A DNA stretch of 60,703 nt, filler included, from Sphacelaria rigidula (taxonomy: Eukaryota), in NCBI GenBank assembly GCA_964200075.2. It is 5 parts of 5 records of this genome, joined end to end, with 100 filler letters (N's around TTAATTAATTAA, not from the genome) between each part and the next. Parts side by side here need not be neighbours in the genome. Positions count along the whole stretch, not along the records: positions 24,325 to 36,385 come from CAXNAA020004172.1; 4 more parts are not named here. One strand, given 5' to 3'. Under the pieces are notes generated by a model that did not search any database, was not told the origin of the DNA, and worked only from the letters and a program-made list of their open reading frames with translations. A program made the translations under genes and the position numbers. Shown here piece after piece: positions 24,570 to 36,485 of this stretch. How positions within the stretch are numbered: the first letter of the stretch is position 1; the number at the start of each line of letters is the position of its first letter.

Positions 24570-26209
24570 GTTTCTCTGTACAGGGCAAAATTGCCAAATC
24601 GACCGGGCAAGCTCTAGTTGCGGAAGCCAGGGGGGGTGGAAATACGGGTAAAGCTAGGAAGCCGAAACCTGATACCGATACGAGTAATTCCGCGAAAGCT
24701 GAAAACGTAGGCAGGAAGCCACTGGAGTGTTTTCGGTGTGGTCTTCCACACAGGATACGGGATTGCAAAGCTCGCGGAATTAGGGCTCCGGATCAGGAAG
24801 GCGAAGCAGAGTCGAAGAAAGACAGTGGTGAGCTTTCACGCTTGAAATCGTTGGCTGCTGCTGTTTCTAGGCCTTTCTGTGAAGAGGGGTACGGTGATAC
24901 TGGTGCTCCCTATCATCTGACAGATTCGTTGCGATACATGAGAGATCTTACAAACGTGTCTTCTAGTGTTGGTGGCATAGGCGGCGTGACGTGTGACGTT
25001 TCGCTGAAGGGTAATCTGACAGTAGTGTTTGTGACAGAGGAGAGCGAGTATGTAGCAGAGTTGAAAGACGTTTTTTATGCTCCTGATCTAGGATACAACC
25101 TGTTTTCGCCTCGTGCGGAATTTGATGGGGAAAGTTGGGACGGGTTGGGAGGTCCAGATGGTAGAATGACTGCATTCAACGGACGTGTAACGTTTGCGAC
25201 CCAGGACGGTATGTTGATGGCCACAGCATATCGAGTTGGTGAGCAATTTGATGCTTCCGCATTACCAGCAATTATGCCCTCGAACCCTCCCCCTGTGAAA
25301 AGGATGGATATTAACCTGTTTCACTGTATCTATGGTCATGCTCATAAGCAGCTGCTGAGGCATACTGCTAGACATTTAGATACTGCACTTGAAGGGGAAA
25401 TGCATGCATGTACTGGGTGCTCGATGGCAAAGGGATACAGAAAAGGTATACCTCATCAGACTAGGAGGCAGAAAAAAAATTGCATTTGTAGGGGGGAAAC
25501 ACTACCCAATGATCATCAAGGACGATTACAGCAGAAAATCCTGGCTGTATTTCTTGAAACGTAAGGCTGATTCTGATCAGGCTTTCAGCCGTTTCCTCGC
25601 AGATGTGCGAGCGGACGGATTTCCTTCAATAGTACAGATAGTAAGATCTCACAACGGAGTAGAGTTTTTCGGGGAAAAATTCAGAACAGTATGTGATAAT
25701 CTGTTGATTAAGCAGGAATTTACCCCCGCCAATAGTCCCCAGTTCAATGGCGTTGCAGAGCGCGCTTTAGGAATCATTGAAGCGACGGCAATGGCGGCAA
25801 GGATCCAGGCGAAGGTATTGTTCGGTCATGTTCAGCTGCCGAAGACCGAAAAGCTGTGGGCCGAGGCAATGCATTGGGCATGTGAACAGCTGAACTCCAC
25901 TGCTTCGACCTCCAACCCGGACAACAAATCACCTAACGAAATGTGGTTCGGGACGGCTATGCCGGCCAGTCCACATCCCTTTCTCACGCCAGCCTACTGC
26001 CGATGGAAGCGGCCATCCAAGCTTCTGCCTAAGGCGGAGAGTTGCTTCTGTCTCGGGCCTTCGCGCGAGCATTCGCGCGAGTCTTACCGTGTGCTAACGC
26101 GGGGAGGGCATGTTGTCGAAACCCGAGACATCACGTGGGAAGCATCGCCGCAGTCTCTCCCACCCCCGCAAACACTGACGACAGCGGAATCGGGAGGGGG
26201 GGATGAACC
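24570..26209 (+). mobile_element. Ty1/copia retrotransposon fragment (gag knuckle, protease, GAG-pre-integrase, integrase), defective
   Basis: CFRCGLPHRIRDC knuckle; DTGAPYHLT protease; HCIYGHAH...CTGC; integrase IIKDDYSRKSWLYFLK...VRSHNGVEF...QFNGVAERALG...LWAEAM. Frameshifted, with the first catalytic D region deleted and the second D changed to H. Ends abruptly at an LTR of another element. Confidence 0.9.
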
Positions 26210-26451
26210 TGTTTGTAGCTTCGTGACCCCGTGAGAGGATGGGGTACAGACTCGACTCAAGTAGTCGATCAGTGGACACGACTGCAATAGTCGATCAATG
26301 GACACGGCTGACTGCCGATCAAGATGAGGTAGAAATGTATATAAAGCTTTGTTGATGAAGAGGGAAGGAAGGGGAGTGGGCCCAGTAGGCGCCAAAGTCT
26401 CAGGATGTGACAAGCACCACTCACGTATGTCCAGTCACTAACATCACAATA
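26210..26451 (-). repeat. 3' LTR
   Basis: Aligns with 30238-30482 and contains a ~26-bp internal tandem duplication (TAGTCGATCA.TGGACACG.CTG). Confidence 0.88.
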
Positions 26452-26576
26452 TAAAGTCACTCCGCGTAGTACCCGGAACTCGAACAGGTATATCACTAGA
26501 CTGTTGTACCTTACCCTGACTAGGTGTATCTTACTGAACACCGCAGGCCATCCTACGAACACCCCCCCCATAGACT

Positions 26577-26642
26577 TGCTCCGTCTCGAAAGGGATGCGT
26601 GGTCAATGGTCACACGACTAAGGCAAGCAACAAATGAGTACG
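26577..26642 (+). mobile_element. 66-bp 5'-truncated LINE (subfamily A) with a 15-bp target-site duplication
   Basis: Matches about 1326-1390. Flanked by CCCCCCCCATAGACT at 26562-26576 and 26643-26657. Confidence 0.85.
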
Positions 26643-28871
26643 CCCCCCCCATAGACTGCGCGTGTCAAAAGTAAGGTTCATGGACCATACTTGGTGAACA
26701 GAAATACTCACCAAAAAACGAACTCTTCCGCTCACGGCGCATTCAACAGGTGTATCCTCTCAAGAAATGAATTTCATCAGCAACCGTAAAACAACCGCAA
26801 ATCCCGAAACTCGTTACTTCTTTCAACGACTATGGGACCAGCCAAGAATCGAATATATCGGTACATTTCTTTTCACACCAAGACAAAAACAGGGATGGAT
26901 GAGCTGTGTGTTTTACCACACTGTAGCTCCTGATGGTCAACCCAAGCGAAACGCAAGTCAAATTGTTCAGCTGTACTAGCCCATGCCCCTTACAATAGCG
27001 TGGGTGGTCGTACTTAGCATTCGAGTAACCTGCACTACTCACGCGAGACCAAGCTCCTAGGTAACATATATGAACCCACACAACACAGTGCAGTTGACAA
27101 CTTTCGAAACTCGAATCACATGTTGCAAAATCCACTTCACAGTCAGTCAGCTGCCTACAGTACAAGAATCAAATTTCAAATTCAAATTTTGCAATACATA
27201 CTACAGTAGTGCCTACGTCATCAAGGAAACTAGACACTCACTACATCTACTTAACCCCTTACTCCCCCTCGGTGACCGGCGGAGCAAAGCAGCTCAACGC
27301 CTCCAGACAAAACACACGATCAGAATCAGCCCCCTCCGCAATTCTTGCTAATCAAAGTCTTCCCCCCCCCGCTTCTGGGCCACGGGGAAGGAGTGCTGCA
27401 TTCATCATCCTTCCCCCATGGCGGGGAGATTCGCAGCGAGGGGTTGATCCTGATCCTGGCCGGTCACCACCCTCCAAAACCAACCGTCACGTCATGCTCG
27501 TCTCAGCCTTACAGACAGCACCCGTGTCAGACAAAAATGGGTTTTGGAGGCTCAGCGTCTCACATATCGTGCAGACCCGAGGGGAATGGGCAGTGGGACA
27601 ACAGAAAGGAAAAGTATTAATATCCATGGTACTCAGGCGCGTCAATCACCATCCGATGAACATACTTTCACCACGTACCGTACTGTGGTGTCGCGTTACG
27701 GCAGTCGCGAACGCACACCCACATATTATATCCGGATTTTGCACTACCATTTCAACTCTTCACTTCTCCATCACATACAACACATGGATCAAACGGCAGT
27801 TCGGCCGCTACCATCCTGGTTGCATGAAACAGTACACTTTGCCTTTTACATGCCGGGCAAACATGTGTAAACCTGTATGGAATTCGCCTGACCAGCCATC
27901 CGAGCAACGACCAGCTCCCATATGGGTGATACGATGCACTCTTCTTTCATCATGCTGTGCACATGAACCGCATCTCGCTCATAAAGTCAGCTCTTTCTAT
28001 TAGCCATCAAATATGTGTCATATGCGTTTTGCTGACCTGTAGCACGGGAATTTCGTTTGTGCCCATAGTCACTCTTCCGACATTATCATGATCAGGCCAA
28101 GCTACTAGTATGGCGCTATACTCAGTCCTCGCTCCTACCATAACAACGAAGTTTCATCAACCGATCCAGTCAAGAAGTCGATGCCTCGCGAATCCTACAT
28201 CTCTCGGAATGATAACAATTTTTTCACTTAGATGTCGAGTTTCGGAACCCACCTCAAATTTTGTGGTCTCAACCACCATTCATCCGCATACCCCTCTGCG
28301 GAACATTTTACCGACATCACCCCCTAGGCTAGTCAGACAGCAGTGCCCCACGTGCCTGTACTCACCAAGGCGACGAACAAGGTTCCACCTCAACCGATCG
28401 AGTAAGGGTGTGGTGCCCCACAATCCTGCGCTCATCGGGGTGGCAACAATGTTACACATGAGCGTTGAGTTTCGGCAACCATTGTCAAAACATGTTCTCA
28501 ACACTCTTCACGCACTTCACCTCGTGCAATGTTACCGACACCGTTCCACAGTCAAGTCAAGTCGCGGTGCCCCGCTCTCCTCACTTACAAAAACGGCAGA
28601 CGATTTTCTATTCATCAATCGAGTCAAACAAACGCGCGAAGTAGGTCTGCACTCATCGAGCCAGAAATTTGTCAAACATCAACACTGAGTTTCGGTGTCC
28701 ATATCAAAAATATGATCTCAGCATTGTCCAGAGATATCCAATATCTCGATCCACCTGGGCAACAACGTTTCCTTGGGTACATGAATCGCTATCTACATGA
28801 CGGTCACGAGCACTCAAAACATAAAAACAAAGGGGTATTTGAGTCATGCACAGGTCTCATGCCATCATTTC

Positions 28872-30260
28872 TCAAAATGCTTCTGCGTCCGCTTCCGAAC
28901 ATACTGAAGAATCGGTACTACCCGACGACCCTACTGCCATCGCTGTATCTTCGTTTTCTCCTGTATTACAATCCTGATGAGAGTGTCCCTTTTTTCCGCA
29001 TCTCATACAATGTCGTTCCGGACAGTCACGCGCGAAGTGTGTTGTTTGCTTCCGGCAAATCCAACATCTCCTCTCCTTCGCAGAACCATTTTCACGGTCT
29101 AGTTTTGAATGCCCCGTACTTCCCGAGGTCCCTTGTAATTTTCGCTTCCGACTACCCTTGCCACTATTCGTCCCAACTGACATCAAAGCTTTGCTATCAT
29201 TTCCCTTGTTATCTCTGATCATCCCGAACCAAGTTCTCAACGTCGCCAACAAGTCTTCGACGTCCAAGCCTTTCTGTGACAGGAGGTGTTGTTTCTGGTG
29301 ATCATAATCAGCTGTGAGTCCGTCCAGAAAACGTGCGAATACTAATTTCTTTGGTATCGGTTGTTCGAGAGCCGTTTCCAGTGACACAATAACGTTCTGA
29401 TATTCTTGCCAGTATTCGCGGGGGTCCTGGCCAGTTTCCTGTGTCATATGGAAAAACTTCCCAACCAACGAGATCTGTTCACCACCAGTCAACGGCGCAT
29501 AATACTCTTCCAATGCTCGCCACGCCACAGACGGTCCCTTACAGGAGTAGACGGTTTGCTTCACATGCTCATCCTTTATGGAACTCACCAATCCCGCCCA
29601 CAAGAGTCTGTACATCTGGATTTCCTGTGGTGCTAATCCCTGACTAACCAAATCCTCGTTACTCGCACCGTGAACCTGAATGTTTCGTGTGTCTCGTAGG
29701 GCGCTCATAAAACCTGCTGCACTGACTTGTGTCAGGAAATCATCATGAAACAACGACCAATTTCCCTCCTGACCATCAAAATTTTCATCAACAGGAAAAC
29801 AACTCTTCACGCCTAGATGGGGGTAGTAAGCCGGGGACTCCTCGTTCGTACTTACTTGGGCGGATCCATCGCCCGTGGATCCTCGGAGAGGGCCTGATAC
29901 AATCCCTACACCGCGTGGTGACCGGACCCTCCCTGTTCCGGCACCGGCGACGGTGTGCCTCCCGTCGCCTGCCTCCCCCTCCTCGTCCGCTGCCGCTCCG
30001 GGGCCAGTGGAAGATGTCCCGCGCACTAACTGGGACACCATCATCGTCTTCAGCTCCGCCAGCTGCTCGGTGATATTCGCCATCGAGTCTTGCGAGCTGG
30101 CAACATTCTCTTTCACCTCCAGCATCTCTGCTGCAGACGATGTGTCTCCCACGACGGCCGAGTGTCTTTCCGCAGTGCTCCAGTCCGCCATCGGTCCCTT
30201 AGCCACAAAGCTCCCAAGTTGGGTAGGGGCTCTAGAGTGTTTGTAGCTTCGTGATCCCAT
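28872..30260 (-). CDS. gag: Copia-type Gag protein with two zinc knuckles
   Basis: 462-aa ORF with copia-gag-like AWRALEEYY and FLDGLTADYD, plus knuckles CWICRKQTTHFARDC and CMRCGKKGHSHQDC. The true start is probably just downstream of the LTR. Confidence 0.85.
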   Translation of the reverse strand: MGSRSYKHSRAPTQLGSFVAKGPMADWSTAERHSAVVGDTSSAAEMLEVKENVASSQDSMANITEQLAELKTMMVSQLVRGTSSTGPGAAADEEGEAGDGRHTVAGAGTGRVRSPRGVGIVSGPLRGSTGDGSAQVSTNEESPAYYPHLGVKSCFPVDENFDGQEGNWSLFHDDFLTQVSAAGFMSALRDTRNIQVHGASNEDLVSQGLAPQEIQMYRLLWAGLVSSIKDEHVKQTVYSCKGPSVAWRALEEYYAPLTGGEQISLVGKFFHMTQETGQDPREYWQEYQNVIVSLETALEQPIPKKLVFARFLDGLTADYDHQKQHLLSQKGLDVEDLLATLRTWFGMIRDNKGNDSKALMSVGTNSGKGSRKRKLQGTSGSTGHSKLDRENGSAKERRCWICRKQTTHFARDCPERHCMRCGKKGHSHQDCNTGENEDTAMAVGSSGSTDSSVCSEADAEAF

Positions 30261-30482
30261 GAGAGGATGGAGTGCAGACTCGACTCAGATAGTCGATCAA
30301 CGGACACGACTGCGATAGTCGATCAGTGGACACGGCTGACTGCCGATCAAGATGAGGTAGAAATGTATAATATAAAGCTTTGTTGATGAAGAGGGAAGGA
30401 AGGGGAGTGACCGCAGTTGGGATCAAGTTCCCAACATGCGACGAGCACCACTCACGTATGTCCAGTCACGAACATCACAATA
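30238..30482 (-). repeat. 5' LTR
   Basis: Aligns with 26210-26451. Confidence 0.88.
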
Positions 30483-32604
30483 GTACTCCGCACCACCGCG
30501 GGCTCCCTGCATTTGCCAGTGCGGCTCCGTCCATGTGATGAGAGACACTGTAAAGCGTCGGTTAGCTGGCTGTGCCACATGAACGGGTCATTGCCGATGA
30601 CTTAACAGATATACAGTATAGGCAGATCACAATCGATGCGCATCTCACTTGTTTCTGTCACCCACTGGCACCTACTCCACGGTGGTTTGTTCGAAACGAT
30701 GCACGTTCCAGCACGTCTGGTATTTCCCAAACGAGTTGGGTGTGTGTGCTATGCCGATGTTATTGTGCTTGGTATGCCTTGTACACGCACAAGATGCCTT
30801 GCACATGCGCCGGGTTTTACTATGCGACCGTGAAGGCACCATAGTCTGCAACACCGCCAAGGCTGTACATGATTTGCAACGTGGGATACCACTCTGGTAA
30901 CGGTCAGGGTATGAGGAATGAGGAATGTCCAACGAAATACGAATGTAAATTTCTCCCGCCGCGGCGTCCCTACGTTCGCTTTTGCACCCTCGCCAGCGAT
31001 GTACTGACGCAATCCAAAGCATTTGCCAGCACGGTCAAACTGATGGTGGCACTAGCGCGTTTGCCTCATTCGATGCCCACTAGCATTCCGGGAGACACGT
31101 GTTGTACGTGTACGTCAAGACGGATCTACAAGTAGTGGCCAGGGATAGATCGGGAGAACCTAGCGGGAACTTGTCGAGCGACGACTCCGGTCTCAGCTCC
31201 GCCTTCCTGCGCACCCTTGCGCACGTGCAACGACATCACTCGGACTAGAACGATAATGTCTGGAATTTGCGTGGTGCGATGCGCGAAAGAGTTGTCATCG
31301 TCAATCTATGGCCCTTACTTTCTTTCCGTCCCTTCTTCTGCTTGTATGCCGTTCTGGCTTTTCTTCATTAAGGGCGTCTGTCTCTTCTGTCCCTTTCCCA
31401 TTACATTCCAATGTAAGAAAGGATAGGAAAATTGGAAGTGTGATGCGAAGCAGAGCGATCTATAGGGATGATAGGGACACACATATTATAGTAAGGGCCG
31501 TTATTAAGTTTTTTCTTTTTCAGTATTCCCCGATTTTTTCGAAAAAAAAAACTTGCTTCCCGAACAATGTGACTGCAGGTTTCTCTACCAAGTTAAGGGA
31601 TAAAAAAATCTAAGACTGACTACGTAATAGTCGGAGAATAAAGCGTTTGATTTTTTTCAGTCTTTTTCATTTTACCAAAAAAATGTGTTTTGGCCCCGAA
31701 AAAACCACAGACGTCTGAAACAAAAAGTTCCGTTGGTAACAACCTCACTAGTCGAGCGACGGGAAGACAAGTGAACAAGACAACGTGCTGTTCAAAATAA
31801 GGTACCTTTTGGAAGATATAGGGGCGATGCAATGGTGAATGGTGAAAATATCAAGTGTTGCAGCATTCGTTCGGAGATTCCTCTGCTTGTTCGTGACGTT
31901 TACTAGAGGTATCTCAAACTCCGCGTTCCCGGTATATTCTACAGTTCGAACTCGAGGGTCCCAGTACATTCAAAAGTTAGTTACTGCTAAAAATATCGGA
32001 CACCCCGAATTTGAGATACCTCAATTATGCCGTGTCTCATGGAGATGAGAATAAAGCACGAGCAACGCAGCTTGCCTGCCCACAATGGCCTCGTCGAGTC
32101 TATCGGGAAAAACACAAAGCAGACCTGTTGGAAGAGCGGTGTTTTCTCCGTCGCTGGGAGCAGTGGGGAACAGGTCTTGAAATCTTGATGGACGTGACTG
32201 AAGCACATGACTCTGAAAGACAACCCAGCCAGAACAACTATGCATAGACATCGACAGCAGAGGCGTATCACGCCTAGTGCTACTTCTTACTCATGTCACA
32301 GAGCTCGGACCTGAAACACAAGCACACATCGACTCATGATCCCACTCTCTCAGGAAACACAATGATCAACAGCTCGAGCCATAGCTGTTGATCAACTAAG
32401 TATGTATGATGTTTTTCTCCGGGAAAATCGGTTCAAATATTTATGAAACACGATGATTTCTGTCAGACTGGGGCCGTATAACACACCCACAAACGGCCAA
32501 CGACTCCGTAATGGGCAACGTTTTTGACACACAAACGACCGGCCGTTTTCGGAAACTGACCAGATTGCCGTGAAACCAGCACTGTATGTATAGATGCAGG
32601 TGTG

Positions 32605-32649
32605 TAACACTTGAGGAGGTCCTGGGTTCAAATCTCAGCTGAAGCCCCA
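32605..32649 (+). pseudogene. 3' half of a tRNA-like sequence (possibly Val-AAC) ending in CCA
   Basis: TAACAC-TTGAG-GAGGTC-CTGGG-TTCAAAT-CTCAG-CTGAAGC-C-CCA. The T-arm pairs, but no 5' half lies upstream. Confidence 0.4.
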
Positions 32650-34171
32650 TATGTGAAGTGGAAAGAAAGGATTGTCACCCTGGCTGCTCAAAGGCAGTGG
32701 AGTGATAGCTTTCCCTAGGACCAAGCCTTGCCTGATGCTAGCAAGCGAGTTGTGTAAGCTGCGCTATTCATCAAATCTCATAAAATGCAGGTGCAGAGTC
32801 CAATCAAGGGTAAAATACACTCAAAAACTTACCTAATAGCTCCGTTCTTGAGGATCCATGTACTGCTGAAGTCCAAAGCGACGGCGACTGTAGAGTGGTC
32901 AGTGGGAGGCTATGTTGCTTGCCAAACCACCATCCTACGAAAACCCACACGCTTTTGAATAGCCATCACACACAAATCCATCACACACGATTGCTTTAAG
33001 CTCTCAAATGCGTACATAGCTTGTCGTTCAACTGACTCATCCCACGTCATCCAACACGATATCGAACAACGAAGTACTTATAAAACGTAACAGCTGACGG
33101 GCTGTTGAGCAGGTGGGCGCTCAATTATCCGACTAAGATGTACACTCTTCGTACCCGTTGGTCATACCCAGGAATAATATCTGCAGTCCTCATCACATCA
33201 CACCACAGCAAGGATCACTGTACCCCTTGTTTGTGGTCCCCTCGATGGCGAGTAGCCCAAACAGTCTTAGCGAATAATTTCTGGAAGTCTCAAAGCAAGT
33301 TCTGAAAAGAGGCACCGCCGTCTCTAAAAAATCACCGCCGCATTTTTCGTGCGCGGGGGCGAGGTTGTTTCTTCGGCCACCAACATGCTTCATTCCCCTG
33401 CTTTTTGTTTGGTATAGAAAACGTACAGCTGTCTGTAGAATGCGCGGGTTGTTGGGGGGCAGGCGGGGGATAGCACCGGGAGTCTCATCTCATCGAAATG
33501 TAACAGCCGAAACCACTCCGTGTTCCGTATTTCGGCGAGTTGTACCTTCACAATTGTGCCCCGTAGTGGAACAACTTGTTGTGGCGATGCGTGCGCGCGC
33601 ACAACGGTCGTGCAGTGTGTCAATCACCCCGCAGGGGTCTCGTTTTTGTGGGATGGGAAAGACTGGCGGCGGGGTCACCCGGCTGTTGGAAGAGGTGAAA
33701 TGAAGCGTTGGAGACGTTCTTCGGCCGTTCGATTTTTACCGTGCAGTGCGTTGAACGGTTGCTGTGGAAGGCCGATGTAATCGGGTTTCACGTACTCCGG
33801 GTTCATTGTCGGGATAAACGGTAGGCCGTTCCAGACCAGTGGTGACAAACCATGCATCATTATATTTTTGTTCTACATGCATTCTCACGTTGACACACAC
33901 ACTGAAAAAAACACACAGAAGACACTGAACAGGTCGGACACATTCCCCGTTCCCGAAAATATATGCAAGTGACGTCCCTCTTCATGACACGCCATTTTTC
34001 GATGACGCGCCATGGTGCCTACAAGAAGAATCGCCATGCGTCATCAAACAGTGGATCCTGAAAAATGGGGTCTATCTCAAAAATGAGCGTCAAATGGCAA
34101 TTTGTTCTGCAGGGATGACGCGAAACACTTACGACCGAGCGAAGCCATCTTCCTCCCCAAATGCCCGCAGC

Positions 34172-35948
34172 AGTTAAGCAGCTGTGGCTAGGTGCACCTA
34201 ACGAATGCGGCGTACACGTGCGTCGATGACGATATCAGCGAAGCGAGCAGCAACGACAGAGAGGAAGCTCCTCGGCCGTGTCCTTTGTGTGTCCTCGCTC
34301 GGCGATTACCAAATTCTCGACAGACTGATATTATCGATGTTACCAGCATGTGCCCAATTTTTCATGTGCCGCAACATCGAGCTGCGGAGAGATTTTCTCT
34401 TTTCTTACAATTGCCCGTCGAGCTCACCAATGCGAAGATGGATTTCTCTCTGCATCTCTTGTGGACAGGACGCGCCTCTGTGCGCTGCAAAACATGTCCT
34501 TGAAAACCAGGACAATGTTCCCGTCACCGCTACTACTGTTCTCTGTCACACACATGCCAGCAAGGGCGGTGGTGCGGCGAAAACAACAGGTATATCCAAT
34601 TTGAACCTTGGGGGGTGTTATTCATCGTTGATCTTACCCACATCTGACCCTCGGCGTGCCCGATGAGAACAGCGTGCCACACGCCAGTTGAGGGGGGCGT
34701 ATGAGAGATCAAACACTTGTAGAGACCTTCTTGACATGCAGAGTGAAAAAAGATACCTATGGTGGTGACCTAATTGTTGCTAGTGTGGCGCATAGGAGTC
34801 CGTCCATGCTGCAATCTGGAGCACACGCTGGTCGCGTGAACACCTCGGTACAGTACGAGTAGCTTTCCAGAACTACTCCGATGTGAGGAGATCATGCATT
34901 ACAAGCTGGGACGAGAGTGCTTTACGATCAACCACTTGTTGTTGCATTTGAGACCCACGCCATCAACTGCCGACAGCAAAGGTCTTGTGCCTTTCACGCA
35001 ACGCTGTCGGTAGTACGGCAGGCAAACCCAGTCATAGCTAGTTTTCGTTGCTCTACCGTACTTACTCCCGTCCCAAGTTCGCAACAGGTATGGAAGCTCA
35101 ACAGTTGATTTTTCTCAACTACATCCACCCAATTGAAAAGACTCTCAAGATCTCAGGGAAGATGGTCGCCTTGGGTCCGGCTGAACACGCGAAGATACCG
35201 TCGAACAGCAATACCAAACTTTTCTGGGATTGGCATCAGGCAGTCCGGGAGTTCTCGAACGCTACCGCGACACACACAGCGGGTGGGTGGGTGCTCGAGG
35301 TTGCAGCATGTGGGCACCCCCATGCGCCATACCAGCAATAGTTGGGTCACCACCATAGGTATCTTTTTTCACTCCGGATGACAAGAAGGTCTCCACAAGT
35401 GTTTGATCCCTCATACATCCCCCCACCGGGGGCGTGGCACGCTCTTGTCGGCGCACACGCACAGGCACACAGTAAAATCAACGATGAATAACACCCCTCA
35501 AGTTGCGAGTGGGCCTCTTACTGCCGCAGCACCGTACTTGCTTCACGATGGCATGTGTGTGACAGATAACACTAACGTGAACATCGCCCTGTTTTCCAAC
35601 GACATGTTCTGCAGCGCACAGAGGTGCGTCCTGTCCAGAAAGAGAGGCAGAGAGGAATCGATCTTTGCATTGGTAAGCTCCACAGACAAGAATAGACGAC
35701 ACCCCTCGGCACCTCGATGTTCTTTCGGGGGCTGTGCAGCAATAACCTGCTTACGGTACATGGGAAATTGGGTACATGCCGGTAACATGCATGATGCCAG
35801 TCTCTCGAGCGATTGGGAATCGCCGAGCGAGGACACACAAAGGACACGGACGAGGAGCTCCCTCTCTGGCGTTACTCCTCCGGTCGTATCATCATCGACA
35901 CGTGTGTGCACCGCATTTGTTTGGTGCACCTAGCCACAACTGCTTAAC
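34172..35948. repeat. Large diverged inverted repeat (arms about 34172-34830 and 35290-35948)
   Basis: AGTTAAGCAG.TGTGGCTAGGTGCACC, CCGTGTCCTTTGTGTGTCCTCGCTCGGCGATT, GAGCTCACCAATGC and GATACCTATGGTGGTGACC occur on + in the left arm and on - in the right arm, in mirrored order. Confidence 0.85.
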
Positions 35949-36385
35949 TCCTGCAGATTTTCCCTGCAGATTTTCCCTGCAGATTTTCGGGGGGGAGATG
36001 GTTTCCCTTGGTGTAACTGTTTCGCGCCATTCCTGCAAAAAAGATATATGCCGCTTGAACCCCATTTTGATGTTCAATCCCCAAAAATAGAATCGGCTGT
36101 TTAACGTAAACTTGATGTGAGTATAGATTGCCCTGCTTTGCATCGCGCTTCCATTTTTTTTTTCGTTTCCTTTGTTGTGATGGAAAAGAGCATACTGAGA
36201 AATCATGCGCCGTTCTAATCCAGCAAGCAGGGTGAGAAACAAGTGATACCGAGACGCTAAAACAGCACGTGAACAGACCAGCGGCTTCGAGGAGGGCGGC
36301 AGTCACGCGCGAGGGGGTGACACTTTCTACGATAGCCCCCCCCCAAAAAAGTGCATGGTTTTTGGAGGCAAAATCCCCACATAAA

Positions 36386-36485
36386 NNNNNNNNNNNNNNN
36401 NNNNNNNNNNNNNNNNNNNNNNNNNNNNNTTAATTAATTAANNNNNNNNNNNNNNNNNNNNNNNNNNNNNNNNNNNNNNNNNNNN
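36386..36485. other. Artificial contig-joining spacer
   Basis: N44-TTAATTAATTAA-N44. Confidence 0.97.

Larger units (their letters stand above)
26210..30482 (-). mobile_element. Ty1/copia-type LTR retrotransposon of about 4.3 kb, two LTRs, open gag, decayed pol
   Basis: Direct repeats at 26210-26451 and 30238-30482 read TATTGTGATG...GCTACAAACA on the minus strand. The gag ORF follows the 5' LTR directly, and only faint protease/RT-like remnants follow gag. Confidence 0.85.

Noticed and set aside
26190-26451. LTR as the 3' LTR of the plus-strand copia (a purine run precedes it)
   Set aside because: The same repeat in the same orientation abuts the minus-strand gag at 30238, so it belongs to the minus-strand element.
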